Shown in pieces: positions 12,077 through 21,207 of a stretch of 64,000 nucleotides of DNA; within the stretch, counting starts at the first letter, position 1, and each line of letters starts with the position of its first letter. The notes beneath the pieces were generated by a model. It was not told where the DNA came from and searched no databases. It saw only the letters and a program-made list of their open reading frames with translations. Both the position numbers and the translations under genes were made by a program. The DNA comes from Mogibacterium sp. GTDB taxonomy: Bacteria; Bacillota; Clostridia; Peptostreptococcales; Anaerovoracaceae. The stretch is from positions 125,502-189,501 of the forward strand of contig JAFRCS010000006.1 of assembly GCA_017404265.1 (NCBI GenBank), in the 5' to 3' direction.

Positions 12077-13108
12077 ATGAAAAAAATCACAAATCTGGTT
12101 ATTGGTTTATTACTGATGGCGCTTGTGGCGACTGGATGCGGCACAGATAACAGTAATATAGAGCAGCAAGAAGAAGAAACGATGGTTGAAACCCACTATA
12201 CTGAGAATCAGACAGAAATGGGCAACTATATGAACACTAATTATGCATATATTGCCAATGGGTGGGTGTATACAATTGGTTGGATGGATTCATCTGGTGA
12301 TGAGCTGTTTCTGAAAATGCGTACGGATGGGTCTGATGATACTATATTGCACTACTCTGATAGTGCCCAATTCATTAATGTTAAGGGCGAATATATATAT
12401 GCTGTTTTAGAAGGAAGCAACACTCCTAGTATTTATAAATACAGGTTAGGAGGAGATGAAGAAAAGCAACTGGTTAATGACGCGTATTATTTACAGATAG
12501 TAGGAGATTACCTTTATTATTGTAAATATGAAAATGATAGGGCGGTTAACTATTGCAGAGCAGATCTTCAGGGAGAAAACGAAGAAGTAGTATTTGACAA
12601 AGAAATATATTGGCCATATTTAGTTGATAATCAACTTTACTACCAGGATGACGCTGATAATGAAACGCTTCATGTCTATGATTTAGAATCAAAAGAAGAT
12701 AAAAAAATAACAGATAACAGAACCTACCAATATGTGCTGAATGATGACTATATTTATTGCATACAATATGAAGGTGAAAAAAAGGAGAACGAAAAAGCAC
12801 AAGTAGTAAAAATTAATCTGGAGACACTTGAAAGAAAAGTCTTATATGAAGGAGCGAATGACGGCTCCCTAGGAGTAAAAGAAGATCGTCTATATTTTAT
12901 AAATGCAAATGATGAATGCAGATTGTATAGTATAGATAAGAATGGGGAGAATATTAGTCTTGTATCACAGGATCCATATTGTTGGGCACCATGCATATAT
13001 GATGACAAGCTAATATATATATGCTCTGACAATTATGAATATGTTGAAGATATATTTATTTGCAACCTCGACGGTAGTAGTAAAGTGAGTATAAGTAAAG
13101 ATTATTAA
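12077..13108 (+). CDS. Putative lipoprotein with Tyr-rich repeats (DUF5050/beta-propeller-like), AT-rich gene
   Basis: Lipobox LMALVATGCGTD. Recurrent motifs of the type D..IYY/YIY every 40-50 aa. By eye, noticeably lower GC than the flanking genes. Confidence 0.55.
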   Translation: MKKITNLVIGLLLMALVATGCGTDNSNIEQQEEETMVETHYTENQTEMGNYMNTNYAYIANGWVYTIGWMDSSGDELFLKMRTDGSDDTILHYSDSAQFINVKGEYIYAVLEGSNTPSIYKYRLGGDEEKQLVNDAYYLQIVGDYLYYCKYENDRAVNYCRADLQGENEEVVFDKEIYWPYLVDNQLYYQDDADNETLHVYDLESKEDKKITDNRTYQYVLNDDYIYCIQYEGEKKENEKAQVVKINLETLERKVLYEGANDGSLGVKEDRLYFINANDECRLYSIDKNGENISLVSQDPYCWAPCIYDDKLIYICSDNYEYVEDIFICNLDGSSKVSISKDY

Positions 13109-13115
13109 ACAAATG

Positions 13116-13147
13116 AACAGCGCTGGCTATTATGCCAGCGCTGTTTT
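13116..13147. terminator. Bidirectional rho-independent terminator
   Basis: Perfect 12-bp stem aacagcgctggc/gccagcgctgtt, 6-nt loop, T-run. It lies between convergent 12077..13108 (+) and dtd (-). Confidence 0.7.
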
Positions 13148-13167
13148 ATAGAGAGAAGAAACAACTT

Positions 13168-13614
13168 TTACAACGCATTAGAATCAAGAATGATTGTAAA
13201 CGGTCCGTCGTTCAGCAGTTCGACAGCCATCTCCTCGCCGAACATTCCTTTCTCGACTACAGGTACGCGCTCGCGGCATTTCTCGAGGATATACTCATAA
13301 AGTGCATTCGCGTGCTCAGGCGATCCGGCATCGACGAACGACGGCCGGTTGCCCTTCTTACAGTTAGCATAAAGTGTAAACTGTGAGATTATAAGAAGTC
13401 CGCCTTCAACGTCCGCCAGCGAAAGATTGGTCTTCCCCTCAGCGTCCCTGTTGATGCGAAGGTTAATCATCTTATTGACCATCTTGTCAGCGATGGCTTC
13501 ATCATCGGCATCACACACGCCAACAAGCACCATATATCCGCGGTCGATCTTGCCGACCACTTCGCCGCCTACACTTACAGACGCGTGCTTTACACGCTGT
13601 ATCACAAAACGCAT
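13168..13614 (-). CDS. dtd: D-aminoacyl-tRNA deacylase
   Basis: [15 protein letters not shown]...GYMVLVGV...[17 protein letters not shown]...; the length (148 aa) and motifs are typical of Dtd. Confidence 0.9.
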   Translation of the reverse strand: MRFVIQRVKHASVSVGGEVVGKIDRGYMVLVGVCDADDEAIADKMVNKMINLRINRDAEGKTNLSLADVEGGLLIISQFTLYANCKKGNRPSFVDAGSPEHANALYEYILEKCRERVPVVEKGMFGEEMAVELLNDGPFTIILDSNAL

Positions 13615-13629
13615 AGTTTATTTCCTTTA

Positions 13630-14364
13630 TTATTCATCCAACGCAGCCCGGATAGTCGCTTCTATCTGCTTCTGGGCTTCATGCTGATGCTCACGGTCCA
13701 TGTCCTCTATATGCACCAGCGGGTGTGCAGTTATCTTTATATGTGCAGGGTTCCACGTCCCTTTCTCTTCAAAGAAATGATATGTGCCGTCGATGGTCAC
13801 GGGCAGGATAGGAACTTTCGCCTTCTCAGCAAACTTGAAAGCGCCGGCCTTGAATTCGCCCATTTCGTGCTTCTGCGAGCGGGTCCCCTCAGGGAAGATG
13901 CAGAGACTGAAACCCTGATCGAGCATTTTCTTGGCCTCGCCCAAAGCCTTGACCGCCTCTTTAGGATTGTTGCGCACCAGATAGATAGAGCGCGAATACT
14001 CTACAACATCAGCCAGGATAGGATACTTGCTCCATTCCTTCTTGGAGACATATCCCATAGGGCCATGCTCCTTCATCAGCCACAGTGTGGCGCATATGTC
14101 CGCGAAACTCTGGTGATTGCTGTAAATCATGAAAGGGCCATCCTCAAGGGATGGGACGTTCTCTTCTCCGTAAACCTCATATGTGAGACCAAGCACCGGA
14201 GACATGGTCTCCACCCAGCGTTTCTGGGCATCCCAGATCAGTTCCTTCTCGCCACGAAGATCACCGACAGCGCGCAGCGCTTCAGCCTGCTTCTTGATTG
14301 AAGTGAATTTCTTTGTCTCTATATATCCCTTTATGAATCTAGGTCCTGTCTTGAAAATATTCAT
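13630..14364 (-). CDS. plsC: 1-acyl-sn-glycerol-3-phosphate acyltransferase
   Basis: HX4D motif NHQSFADI and FPEGTRS. The start is set at the ATG at 14364, which is preceded by AAGGGAGG. The track ORF extends upstream to 14487 with no RBS. Confidence 0.8.
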   Translation of the reverse strand: MNIFKTGPRFIKGYIETKKFTSIKKQAEALRAVGDLRGEKELIWDAQKRWVETMSPVLGLTYEVYGEENVPSLEDGPFMIYSNHQSFADICATLWLMKEHGPMGYVSKKEWSKYPILADVVEYSRSIYLVRNNPKEAVKALGEAKKMLDQGFSLCIFPEGTRSQKHEMGEFKAGAFKFAEKAKVPILPVTIDGTYHFFEEKGTWNPAHIKITAHPLVHIEDMDREHQHEAQKQIEATIRAALDE

Positions 14365-14451
14365 ATGCAAAGCCTCCCTTACACCCGAATTGTAGCACAA
14401 AACAGGGCAGGCGCATAAAGAATTTAACAAAGCCGGAAAAGGTAGTTTTTG

Positions 14452-14481
14452 TTGAGAATACCTGGCCCGTGCAGATATAAT
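14452..14481 (+). promoter_or_regulatory. Putative promoter for rubrerythrin
   Basis: TTGAGA (14452..14457), 18-nt spacer, TATAAT (14476..14481), about 45 nt upstream of the rbr ATG. Confidence 0.4.
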
Positions 14482-14526
14482 AAACATGATACTAAGGGTC
14501 CAAGACAGAGATAAGGAGGAAATGTC

Positions 14527-15066
14527 ATGGCAAACAAATACGAAGGAACACAGACAGAAAAGAACCTGCAGGCCGCTTTCGCAGGCGAGTCACAGGCACG
14601 CAACAAGTACACCTATTTCGCTTCCAAGGCGAAGAAAGAAGGCTTTGAGCAGATCGCTGCGCTCTTCCAGAAGACTGCCGACAATGAGAAAGAGCATGCC
14701 AAGATGTGGTTCAAAGAGCTCGAAGGAATCGGCACAACAGCGGAGAATCTGTTGGCAGCTGCAGAAGGCGAGAACTACGAATGGACCGATATGTACGAGG
14801 GCTTTGCGAAAACAGCTGAAGAGGAAGGATTCAAGGCATTAGCAGGCAAGTTCCGCATGGTAGCGGCTATCGAGAAACATCATGAAGAACGTTACCGTGC
14901 TCTGCTGCACAATGTGGAGGCGCAGGAGGTCTTCGAAAAGAGTGAGGTCAAGGTTTGGGAGTGCCGCAATTGCGGACATATCGTTGTGGGCACCAAAGCT
15001 CCACAGATTTGCCCGGTATGCGCGCATCCGCAAGCCTATTTCGAAATCAACGCAGAGAATTATTAA
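14527..15066 (+). CDS. rbr: Rubrerythrin
   Basis: N-terminal ferritin-like di-iron domain ([38 protein letters not shown]). C-terminal rubredoxin-like CRNCGH...CPVC. Confidence 0.9.
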   Translation: MANKYEGTQTEKNLQAAFAGESQARNKYTYFASKAKKEGFEQIAALFQKTADNEKEHAKMWFKELEGIGTTAENLLAAAEGENYEWTDMYEGFAKTAEEEGFKALAGKFRMVAAIEKHHEERYRALLHNVEAQEVFEKSEVKVWECRNCGHIVVGTKAPQICPVCAHPQAYFEINAENY

Positions 15067-15086
15067 GAATACAAAAGGAGGTATCT

Positions 15087-15989
15087 ATGAAGGGAATAGT
15101 ACTTGCAGGAGGCGCCGGCACAAGGTTATATCCGCTCACGTTGGTGACATCGAAACAATTATTGCCGGTTTATGACAAGCCGATGATTTTCTATCCGCTG
15201 TCAACATTGATGCTTGCCAAGATCAGGGATATCCTGATTATCAGCACTCCGGAAGATACTCCGAGAATAGAAGAACTTCTGGGAGACGGCTCCAAGTTCG
15301 GAGTCAAGCTTTCATATGCTGTACAGGAAAAACCCGAAGGACTTGCCCAAGCATTTACTATAGGCCGTGAGTTTATAGGAGATGACTCCTGCGCGATGGT
15401 TCTTGGTGACAATATCTTCTATGGAAACGGACTTAACCATAAACTGATGGATGCCCGAAAAGATGCCGAGAAAGGGACCGCTACTATTTTTGGTTACTAC
15501 GTTCAGGATCCAAAGCGCTTTGGCATCATGGAATTCGAAAAGAGCACTGACAATGACCGGTCAGTTAAGGTCATCTCAGTCGAAGAGAAGCCTAAACAGC
15601 CAAAGAGCAACTACGCGATCGTTGGTCTGTATTTCTATCCTAAGGGCGTGAGCGACATGGCAGATAGGGTCACACCGTCCGCGCGCGGCGAGCTTGAGAT
15701 CACCACGCTCAACGACATGTATCTGCAACAGGGAAGACTGAACGCACAACTTCTTGGACGCGGCTATACCTGGATGGACGCTGGCACATTCGACAGTCTG
15801 CAGAAAGCCACTGACTTTGTCAGCATGATAGAGCAGTATCAAGGTATGACAATTTCTTCACCGGAGGAAATCGCGTATCACATGGGATGGATCGATGATG
15901 AGATGCTCGCAAAGAGTGTCAGACGTTACGGTAAGAGCCCATATGGTGAACGACTCAAAGCGGTACTCGAAGGAAAGGTCATAATCTAA
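15087..15989 (+). CDS. rfbA: Glucose-1-phosphate thymidylyltransferase
   Basis: MKGIVLAGGAGTRLYPLTLVTSKQLLPVYDKPMIFYPL..., GLAQAF, LGDNIFYG. The start is the ATG at 15087 after AAAGGAGG. The upstream part of the track ORF overlaps rbr and is spurious. Confidence 0.9.
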   Translation: MKGIVLAGGAGTRLYPLTLVTSKQLLPVYDKPMIFYPLSTLMLAKIRDILIISTPEDTPRIEELLGDGSKFGVKLSYAVQEKPEGLAQAFTIGREFIGDDSCAMVLGDNIFYGNGLNHKLMDARKDAEKGTATIFGYYVQDPKRFGIMEFEKSTDNDRSVKVISVEEKPKQPKSNYAIVGLYFYPKGVSDMADRVTPSARGELEITTLNDMYLQQGRLNAQLLGRGYTWMDAGTFDSLQKATDFVSMIEQYQGMTISSPEEIAYHMGWIDDEMLAKSVRRYGKSPYGERLKAVLEGKVII

Positions 15990-16127
15990 AATACAGATAA
16001 CAGCAGCCTGATCGATATAACTTTCTGCGAATCGTGGTTGCAATAATCTTACTGATAAAAACAAGGCAAAAGGACAGTCGCTGGATCAACAACCGGTCAG
16101 CGATGATATTTGTTGTGTGTCAACTAC

Positions 16128-16146
16128 CATTGTATTTAATACAATG
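16128..16146. promoter_or_regulatory. Perfect 9+1+9 palindrome upstream of the phosphonate operon (candidate operator)
   Basis: CATTGTATT-T-AATACAATG, located 39 nt upstream of the 16185 ATG. Confidence 0.3.
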
Positions 16147-16184
16147 ACAGACTCATATCCGAGTCAAAAACAGGAGGGTCGATA

Positions 16185-18194
16185 ATGAAAGCATTAATAC
16201 TCAATTCCGGACTTGGACATCGTATGGGAGTTCTTACATCTGAACAACCAAAGTGTATGACGGAGATCTCTGCAAGAGAAACTATCTTAAGCAGACAGCT
16301 GAGACTCCTTGCGGAAGCCGGGATCCAAAACGTTATCATGACCACCGGCTATTATGATTCGATTCTCGTAAATTACTGCAGGGAGTTGGATTATCCGCTC
16401 AACATCACTTTCGTGAACAATCCACTGTATGCAGAGACAAATTATATTTACTCGATATATTGTGCCAGGGAATATCTCGACGATGACATAGTTTTGATGC
16501 ACGGGGATGTAGTCTTTGAAGCTTCTGTACTTGATGACATCCTTGCTTTTGAAGGGAGCTGTATGAAAGTCAGCTCTACGACACCCCTTCCTGACAAAGA
16601 TTTCAAAGCTATAGTAAAGAACGGAATAGTCAAGGCGGTAGGGGTGGAGTATTTTGATTCCGCAATGGAAGCCCAGGCCCTATACAAATTGAACAAATCA
16701 GACTGGAAAATCTGGCTTGAAAAGATAACGGAGTACTGTGATGAAGGCAATACCGGCGTATATGCTGAGAACGCTCTTAATGAAGTGACCGATAGTTGTG
16801 TGATCCGCGCATACGATGTTCGCGAAAGGCTGTGCGCGGAAATCGATACACCGGAGGATCTTGCGGTAGTAAAGGCAAACCTTTCAGAGGTAGAGAACCG
16901 AATTGTTTATATGTGCTTCTCGACAGACATACTCCACAGTGGTCACATTGCCATAATCAAGAGAGCCTCGAAGTTGGGCAAGCTTGTTGTGGGCGTTCTC
17001 ACGGACGAAGTAATAGCGTCATACAAGAGATTTCCTTTGATTCCGTTTGAAGAAAGAAAAAGTCTATTTGAAAACATCAACTGTGTTGACAGAGTCATAG
17101 AGCAAGATACCCTGTCGTATTTAAAAGTTCTCAATGAACTGAGACCTGACTATGTAGTTCATGGAGATGACTGGCAGAGCGGATTTCAGAAGCCTATAAG
17201 AGACGAAGTCGTATCGGTCTTGGCTTCATATGGAGGAAAGTTGGTAGAATACCCGTACAACACGGATGATAAATATAAAGACATAGAATCAAGAACAAAA
17301 GCTGAATTAGCTATGCCTGACATAAGACGAGGAAGACTTCGGAGGATGCTTGAGACCAAAGGCTTAATAACCGCTATGGAAGCGCATGACGGCCTTACAG
17401 GACTGATAGTTGAGAATACAGTAGTCTATCAGCATGGTGAAGCAAGACAGTATGATGCCACTTGGGTCTCATCGCTTTGCGATTCGACAGCAAAAGGCAA
17501 GCCGGATATCGAGCTGGTCGATATGACTTCAAGATTCCGCACAATAGAAGACATCACCGAAGTGACCACTAAGCCTATCATTTTCGATGGAGACACCGGC
17601 GGCAAGACCGAACACTTTATATATACGGTAAGATCACTTGAAAGACTCGGAGTGTCTATGGTGATCATAGAAGACAAGACCGGTCTCAAAAAGAATTCAC
17701 TGTTTGGAACCGAGGTAAAACAGACTCAGGAATCGATCGAAAATTTCTGTGAGAAGATCAGGGCTGGCAAGAACGCTCAAAGAACAAAAGAATTCATGAT
17801 CTGCGCGAGGATAGAATCGCTTATCCTTGAAAGGGGTATGGACGATGCCCTCCAAAGAGCGTTTTCCTTCGTTGGCGCCGGAGCTGACGCTATCATGATA
17901 CATAGCCGAAAGAAAGATCCGGGTGAGATATTCGAGTTTATAGAGAAGTTCAGAGAAAAAGACAGATCAACGTATATCGTTCTGGTACCAACATCCTTCA
18001 ACTCAATTAAGGAAGAAGAGTGGAAAGAACGTGGTGCTAACATCGTTATTTATGCCAATCAGCTAATGCGGGCAACAGTTCCGGCTATTCAGGAAGCCGC
18101 AAAGACTATCCTTGAGTGTCATAGGGCAGAGGAATGCGACAGGATGCTGATGCCTTTCGAAGAGATCATAAGATTGATTCCTGCAGAAGAGTAG
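16185..18194 (+). CDS. ppm: Tri-domain fusion: LicC/PntC-like nucleotidyltransferase + HxGH cytidylyltransferase (TagD-like) + phosphoenolpyruvate phosphomutase
   Basis: aa 1-235: MKALILNSGLGHRMG (GxGxR NTP-transferase). aa ~236-375: IVYMCFSTDILHSGHIAIIKRASKLGKLVVGV (HxGH cytidylyltransferase fold). aa ~385-669: AMEAHDGLTGLIVE, WVSSLCDS, FDGDTGG, and the Ppm-specific EDKx5NS motif (IIEDKTGLKKNS, nt 17670..17699). Confidence 0.85.
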   Translation: MKALILNSGLGHRMGVLTSEQPKCMTEISARETILSRQLRLLAEAGIQNVIMTTGYYDSILVNYCRELDYPLNITFVNNPLYAETNYIYSIYCAREYLDDDIVLMHGDVVFEASVLDDILAFEGSCMKVSSTTPLPDKDFKAIVKNGIVKAVGVEYFDSAMEAQALYKLNKSDWKIWLEKITEYCDEGNTGVYAENALNEVTDSCVIRAYDVRERLCAEIDTPEDLAVVKANLSEVENRIVYMCFSTDILHSGHIAIIKRASKLGKLVVGVLTDEVIASYKRFPLIPFEERKSLFENINCVDRVIEQDTLSYLKVLNELRPDYVVHGDDWQSGFQKPIRDEVVSVLASYGGKLVEYPYNTDDKYKDIESRTKAELAMPDIRRGRLRRMLETKGLITAMEAHDGLTGLIVENTVVYQHGEARQYDATWVSSLCDSTAKGKPDIELVDMTSRFRTIEDITEVTTKPIIFDGDTGGKTEHFIYTVRSLERLGVSMVIIEDKTGLKKNSLFGTEVKQTQESIENFCEKIRAGKNAQRTKEFMICARIESLILERGMDDALQRAFSFVGAGADAIMIHSRKKDPGEIFEFIEKFREKDRSTYIVLVPTSFNSIKEEEWKERGANIVIYANQLMRATVPAIQEAAKTILECHRAEECDRMLMPFEEIIRLIPAEE

Positions 18195-18207
18195 TCCGGA
18201 GGGTCAA

Positions 18208-19170
18208 TTGATATACAGAGGCTTTGAAGAAAACAAAAGAATGCTCGAAGGGAAAAACCTGTTTTTGGTTTGCAGGGGCTCGTTTGACAGTCTTAAGATA
18301 GCGGGTTTTATCAAAGGCCTTGATTCATGTAGATTCAGCGGGTTTACTCCTAATCCGGGAAAAGAAGAAGTCATGGATGGAGTCGAGGCTTTTAAGGAAT
18401 CCGGATGTGACACCATACTCGCCGTCGGAGGAGGCAGTTCTATTGATGTAGCTAAATGCATAAAGCATTACAGCAAGTCTGAGGCACCTATCATCGCCAT
18501 ACCTACAACTGCAGGCACGGGAAGCGAGTCAACGCATTTTGCAGTTGTATATGAAAGCGGCAACAAGATTTCGGTCGCTGCTCCTGAACTTTTGCCGGAT
18601 ATAGTAATACTCGAGCCGTCAACGCTCCTCAGCGTTCCGGAGTATACACGCAAGGCCACTATGCTGGATGCTCTTTGCCACGCAATAGAATCGCATTGGG
18701 CAAAGAAAGCAACCAACGAGAGCCGGGAATACGCAGAAAAAGCGATAAAACTTATCCTTAAGGGTAAAGATGCCTATCTGGAAAATAAAGAAGAAGGCAA
18801 CGCCATTATGATGGATGCTGCTAATCTGGCAGGACAGGCGATCAACATATCGACCACAACTGCTGCCCATGCTATGTGCTATAAGATCACCGGCATGTAT
18901 GGATTCCAGCATGGCCATGCCGCCGCCATTTGCCTTCCTGAAGTATGGAAGCATATCGATGCTGCGCCGGGGATCACAATAGGAGAATTTAATGCTTTGC
19001 TTGAAGAACTCGGCATGGAGTATCCGGTGAGCGATGATGTTTCAAGAGATATAGAACGGCTGACCGACTCCGTAAATACACAAAGACTTTCTAACAATCC
19101 TGTCATTTTCAATAGAGAGCAGCTCGCAGTTATGTATGGAAATATAATCAGACAAAACAGGGACTGCTGA
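18208..19170 (+). CDS. Iron-containing (group III) alcohol dehydrogenase, candidate phosphonoacetaldehyde reductase
   Basis: GGGSSIDVAKC, LCHAIESHW, HAMCYKIT..FQHGHAAA (metal-binding His residues). TTG start at 18208, 4 nt after GGAGGG; an alternative ATG lies at 18241. At 320 aa it is shorter than the ~380 aa usual for this family. Confidence 0.7.
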   Translation: MIYRGFEENKRMLEGKNLFLVCRGSFDSLKIAGFIKGLDSCRFSGFTPNPGKEEVMDGVEAFKESGCDTILAVGGGSSIDVAKCIKHYSKSEAPIIAIPTTAGTGSESTHFAVVYESGNKISVAAPELLPDIVILEPSTLLSVPEYTRKATMLDALCHAIESHWAKKATNESREYAEKAIKLILKGKDAYLENKEEGNAIMMDAANLAGQAINISTTTAAHAMCYKITGMYGFQHGHAAAICLPEVWKHIDAAPGITIGEFNALLEELGMEYPVSDDVSRDIERLTDSVNTQRLSNNPVIFNREQLAVMYGNIIRQNRDC

Positions 19171-19198
19171 GCTGCTGAAACAGAAGACGGAGACGATA

Positions 19199-20317
19199 AT
19201 GAAAATAGAGACATTCGTAAAAATACTTGGTGCTGACTTTTATGCCGGCGTCCCTGATTCACAGCTGAAAGCCCTATGCAATTATCTTATAAACACATAT
19301 GGAACAGATGGCACACATCATATCATCGCTGCAAATGAGGGAAACTGTACTGCATTAGCAGCAGGCTACCATCTTGCAACGGGCAAGGTGCCTGTGGTTT
19401 ACATGCAGAATTCGGGCGAGGGCAACATAATCAATCCGGTCGCTTCATTGATGAATGACAAGGTCTACGGTATACCATGCATTTTCGTTGTTGGTTGGCG
19501 TGGTGAACCGGGCGTGAAGGATGAGCCTCAGCACAAATATCAGGGCGAAGTGACCATTAAGCTGCTTGAGGATATGGACATTTCCACCTATATAATAGGA
19601 GAACACACTACGGAAGAAGAACTCGAAGATGTGATGGAGGATTTCCGAGGCATGTTGGCTGCTGGCAAACAGGTAAGCTTCGTGGTTCGTAAGGGAGCTC
19701 TCGAATATGGAGGTGTCTCAAAGTACGCCAACGGCAATAAACTGATCAGAGAGGATGTTGTGCGCCATATAATCGATGTGACCGGCGATGATCCTATTGT
19801 TTCGACTACAGGAAAAACATCCAGAGAATTATTCGAGCTGCGAGTTTCACGCAACGAGACGCATGGACACGACTTTCTGACAGTTGGATCGATGGGACAC
19901 AGCTCATCGATCGCGCTTGGACTCGCAATGCAGAGGCCTGACAAAAAAGTCTGGATCATCGACGGTGATGGATCGATGCTGATGCACATGGGAAGCATGG
20001 CTCTTATAGGAGCCTATTTGCCAAAGAATATCGTGCACATCGTAATAAATAACAGCGCTCATGAAAGTGTAGGAGGGCAGCCTACGGTGGCCGGGCACAT
20101 GGATATAGCCAAAGTCGCAGAAGGTTGCGCTTATCCCAATGTAATTTCTGTAGATACACTTGAAAACCTTGATGCTGCACTTGAGGCTGCGAAAAGGAAA
20201 GATGAATTGACCTTCATAGAAGTAAAAAGCGCCATCGGAGCAAGAGACGATCTCGGAAGACCAACTACAAGTGCAAAAGAAAACAAGGAAAGCTTCATGA
20301 AAGAACTTATGAAATAA
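19199..20317 (+). CDS. ppd: Phosphonopyruvate decarboxylase (ThDP-dependent)
   Basis: Short (~370 aa) ThDP enzyme with YAGVPDSQL at the N-terminus and the ThDP motif IIDGDGSMLMHMGS...VINNSAHESVGG. It is adjacent to the PEP mutase, as in known phosphonate clusters. Confidence 0.85.
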   Translation: MKIETFVKILGADFYAGVPDSQLKALCNYLINTYGTDGTHHIIAANEGNCTALAAGYHLATGKVPVVYMQNSGEGNIINPVASLMNDKVYGIPCIFVVGWRGEPGVKDEPQHKYQGEVTIKLLEDMDISTYIIGEHTTEEELEDVMEDFRGMLAAGKQVSFVVRKGALEYGGVSKYANGNKLIREDVVRHIIDVTGDDPIVSTTGKTSRELFELRVSRNETHGHDFLTVGSMGHSSSIALGLAMQRPDKKVWIIDGDGSMLMHMGSMALIGAYLPKNIVHIVINNSAHESVGGQPTVAGHMDIAKVAEGCAYPNVISVDTLENLDAALEAAKRKDELTFIEVKSAIGARDDLGRPTTSAKENKESFMKELMK

Positions 20318-20328
20318 AGGAAACCATC

Positions 20329-21207
20329 ATGGAAGAAATGATACTTGTTAAAGACAAAAATGGCATTGAGTTTTATACTACTGAAAGCTATAGCATAGAA
20401 GACATCGAGAAGACCCAAAAGAAATCTGTCGAGATGATGTCTGTCATCGTTAATATTTTTGAAAAACATGGGATCGATTACATGATCGCACATGGTACGC
20501 TGCTTGGTCTGATAAGGCATAAAGGGTTTATTCCGTGGGACGATGACTGCGACCTGTTCGTCTTTGACTGGGATTATGCGCGGGCTATAGAGCTGCTGAG
20601 AAGAGAACTGCCTGACGATATGATCGTTCACAATCGAAGATCAGATCCGATATATTGGCCGGAATGGACAAAAATACGTGACCTTTACAGCGATACGTAT
20701 GAATCGCTTTGGGTAATAGACCGCAAATTCAAATATCACGGCATCTGCGTAGATATCCTGAAAGTCACGGTAGTGAACAAGTTCGAATACGAAAACGAAG
20801 AACAGATAGATATACTTAAAGACAGGCTAAAAGGAAGACAGAACAACAAGCATAAATATGCCGCGACACACTCTCTGTACAGATATTCAAAAAACATGGC
20901 AGGCATATTGATCGACAAAGGACGCCTTAACAAGCTGGAAAAAGAGAAAAAGCAGTCGACAAAAAAAGTCTGTATCGGCAACAAAGGAACGATTATAGAA
21001 TGTTTTTTTGATCTTGAGGATGCATTGCCGGTAAAAAAGATGGTCTTTGAAGGTGTCGAGGTGGCTGTTCCGAACAATCCGGATGGCGTACTGCATTCAA
21101 TGTACGGGGATTACATGAAAATGCCGGAGCTGAAAGACAGAAAACCTCATTTTGATAAAGTAATCTTTCTTGATAGAGAAGAAGAACACGGAAAACAGGA
21201 AAAATGA
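20329..21207 (+). CDS. licD: LicD-family phospho-headgroup transferase
   Basis: MIAHGTLLGLIRHKGFIPWDDDCDLFV (LicD DxD core). Size is typical (292 aa). Confidence 0.8.
   Translation: MEEMILVKDKNGIEFYTTESYSIEDIEKTQKKSVEMMSVIVNIFEKHGIDYMIAHGTLLGLIRHKGFIPWDDDCDLFVFDWDYARAIELLRRELPDDMIVHNRRSDPIYWPEWTKIRDLYSDTYESLWVIDRKFKYHGICVDILKVTVVNKFEYENEEQIDILKDRLKGRQNNKHKYAATHSLYRYSKNMAGILIDKGRLNKLEKEKKQSTKKVCIGNKGTIIECFFDLEDALPVKKMVFEGVEVAVPNNPDGVLHSMYGDYMKMPELKDRKPHFDKVIFLDREEEHGKQEK

Noticed and set aside
14461-14526. Possible PerR/Fur-type box upstream of rubrerythrin (gatataataaacatgatac)
   Set aside because: I could not find a convincing dyad symmetry or a match to the TTATAAT-N-ATTATAA type consensus. 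I kept only the promoter hexamers, at low confidence.
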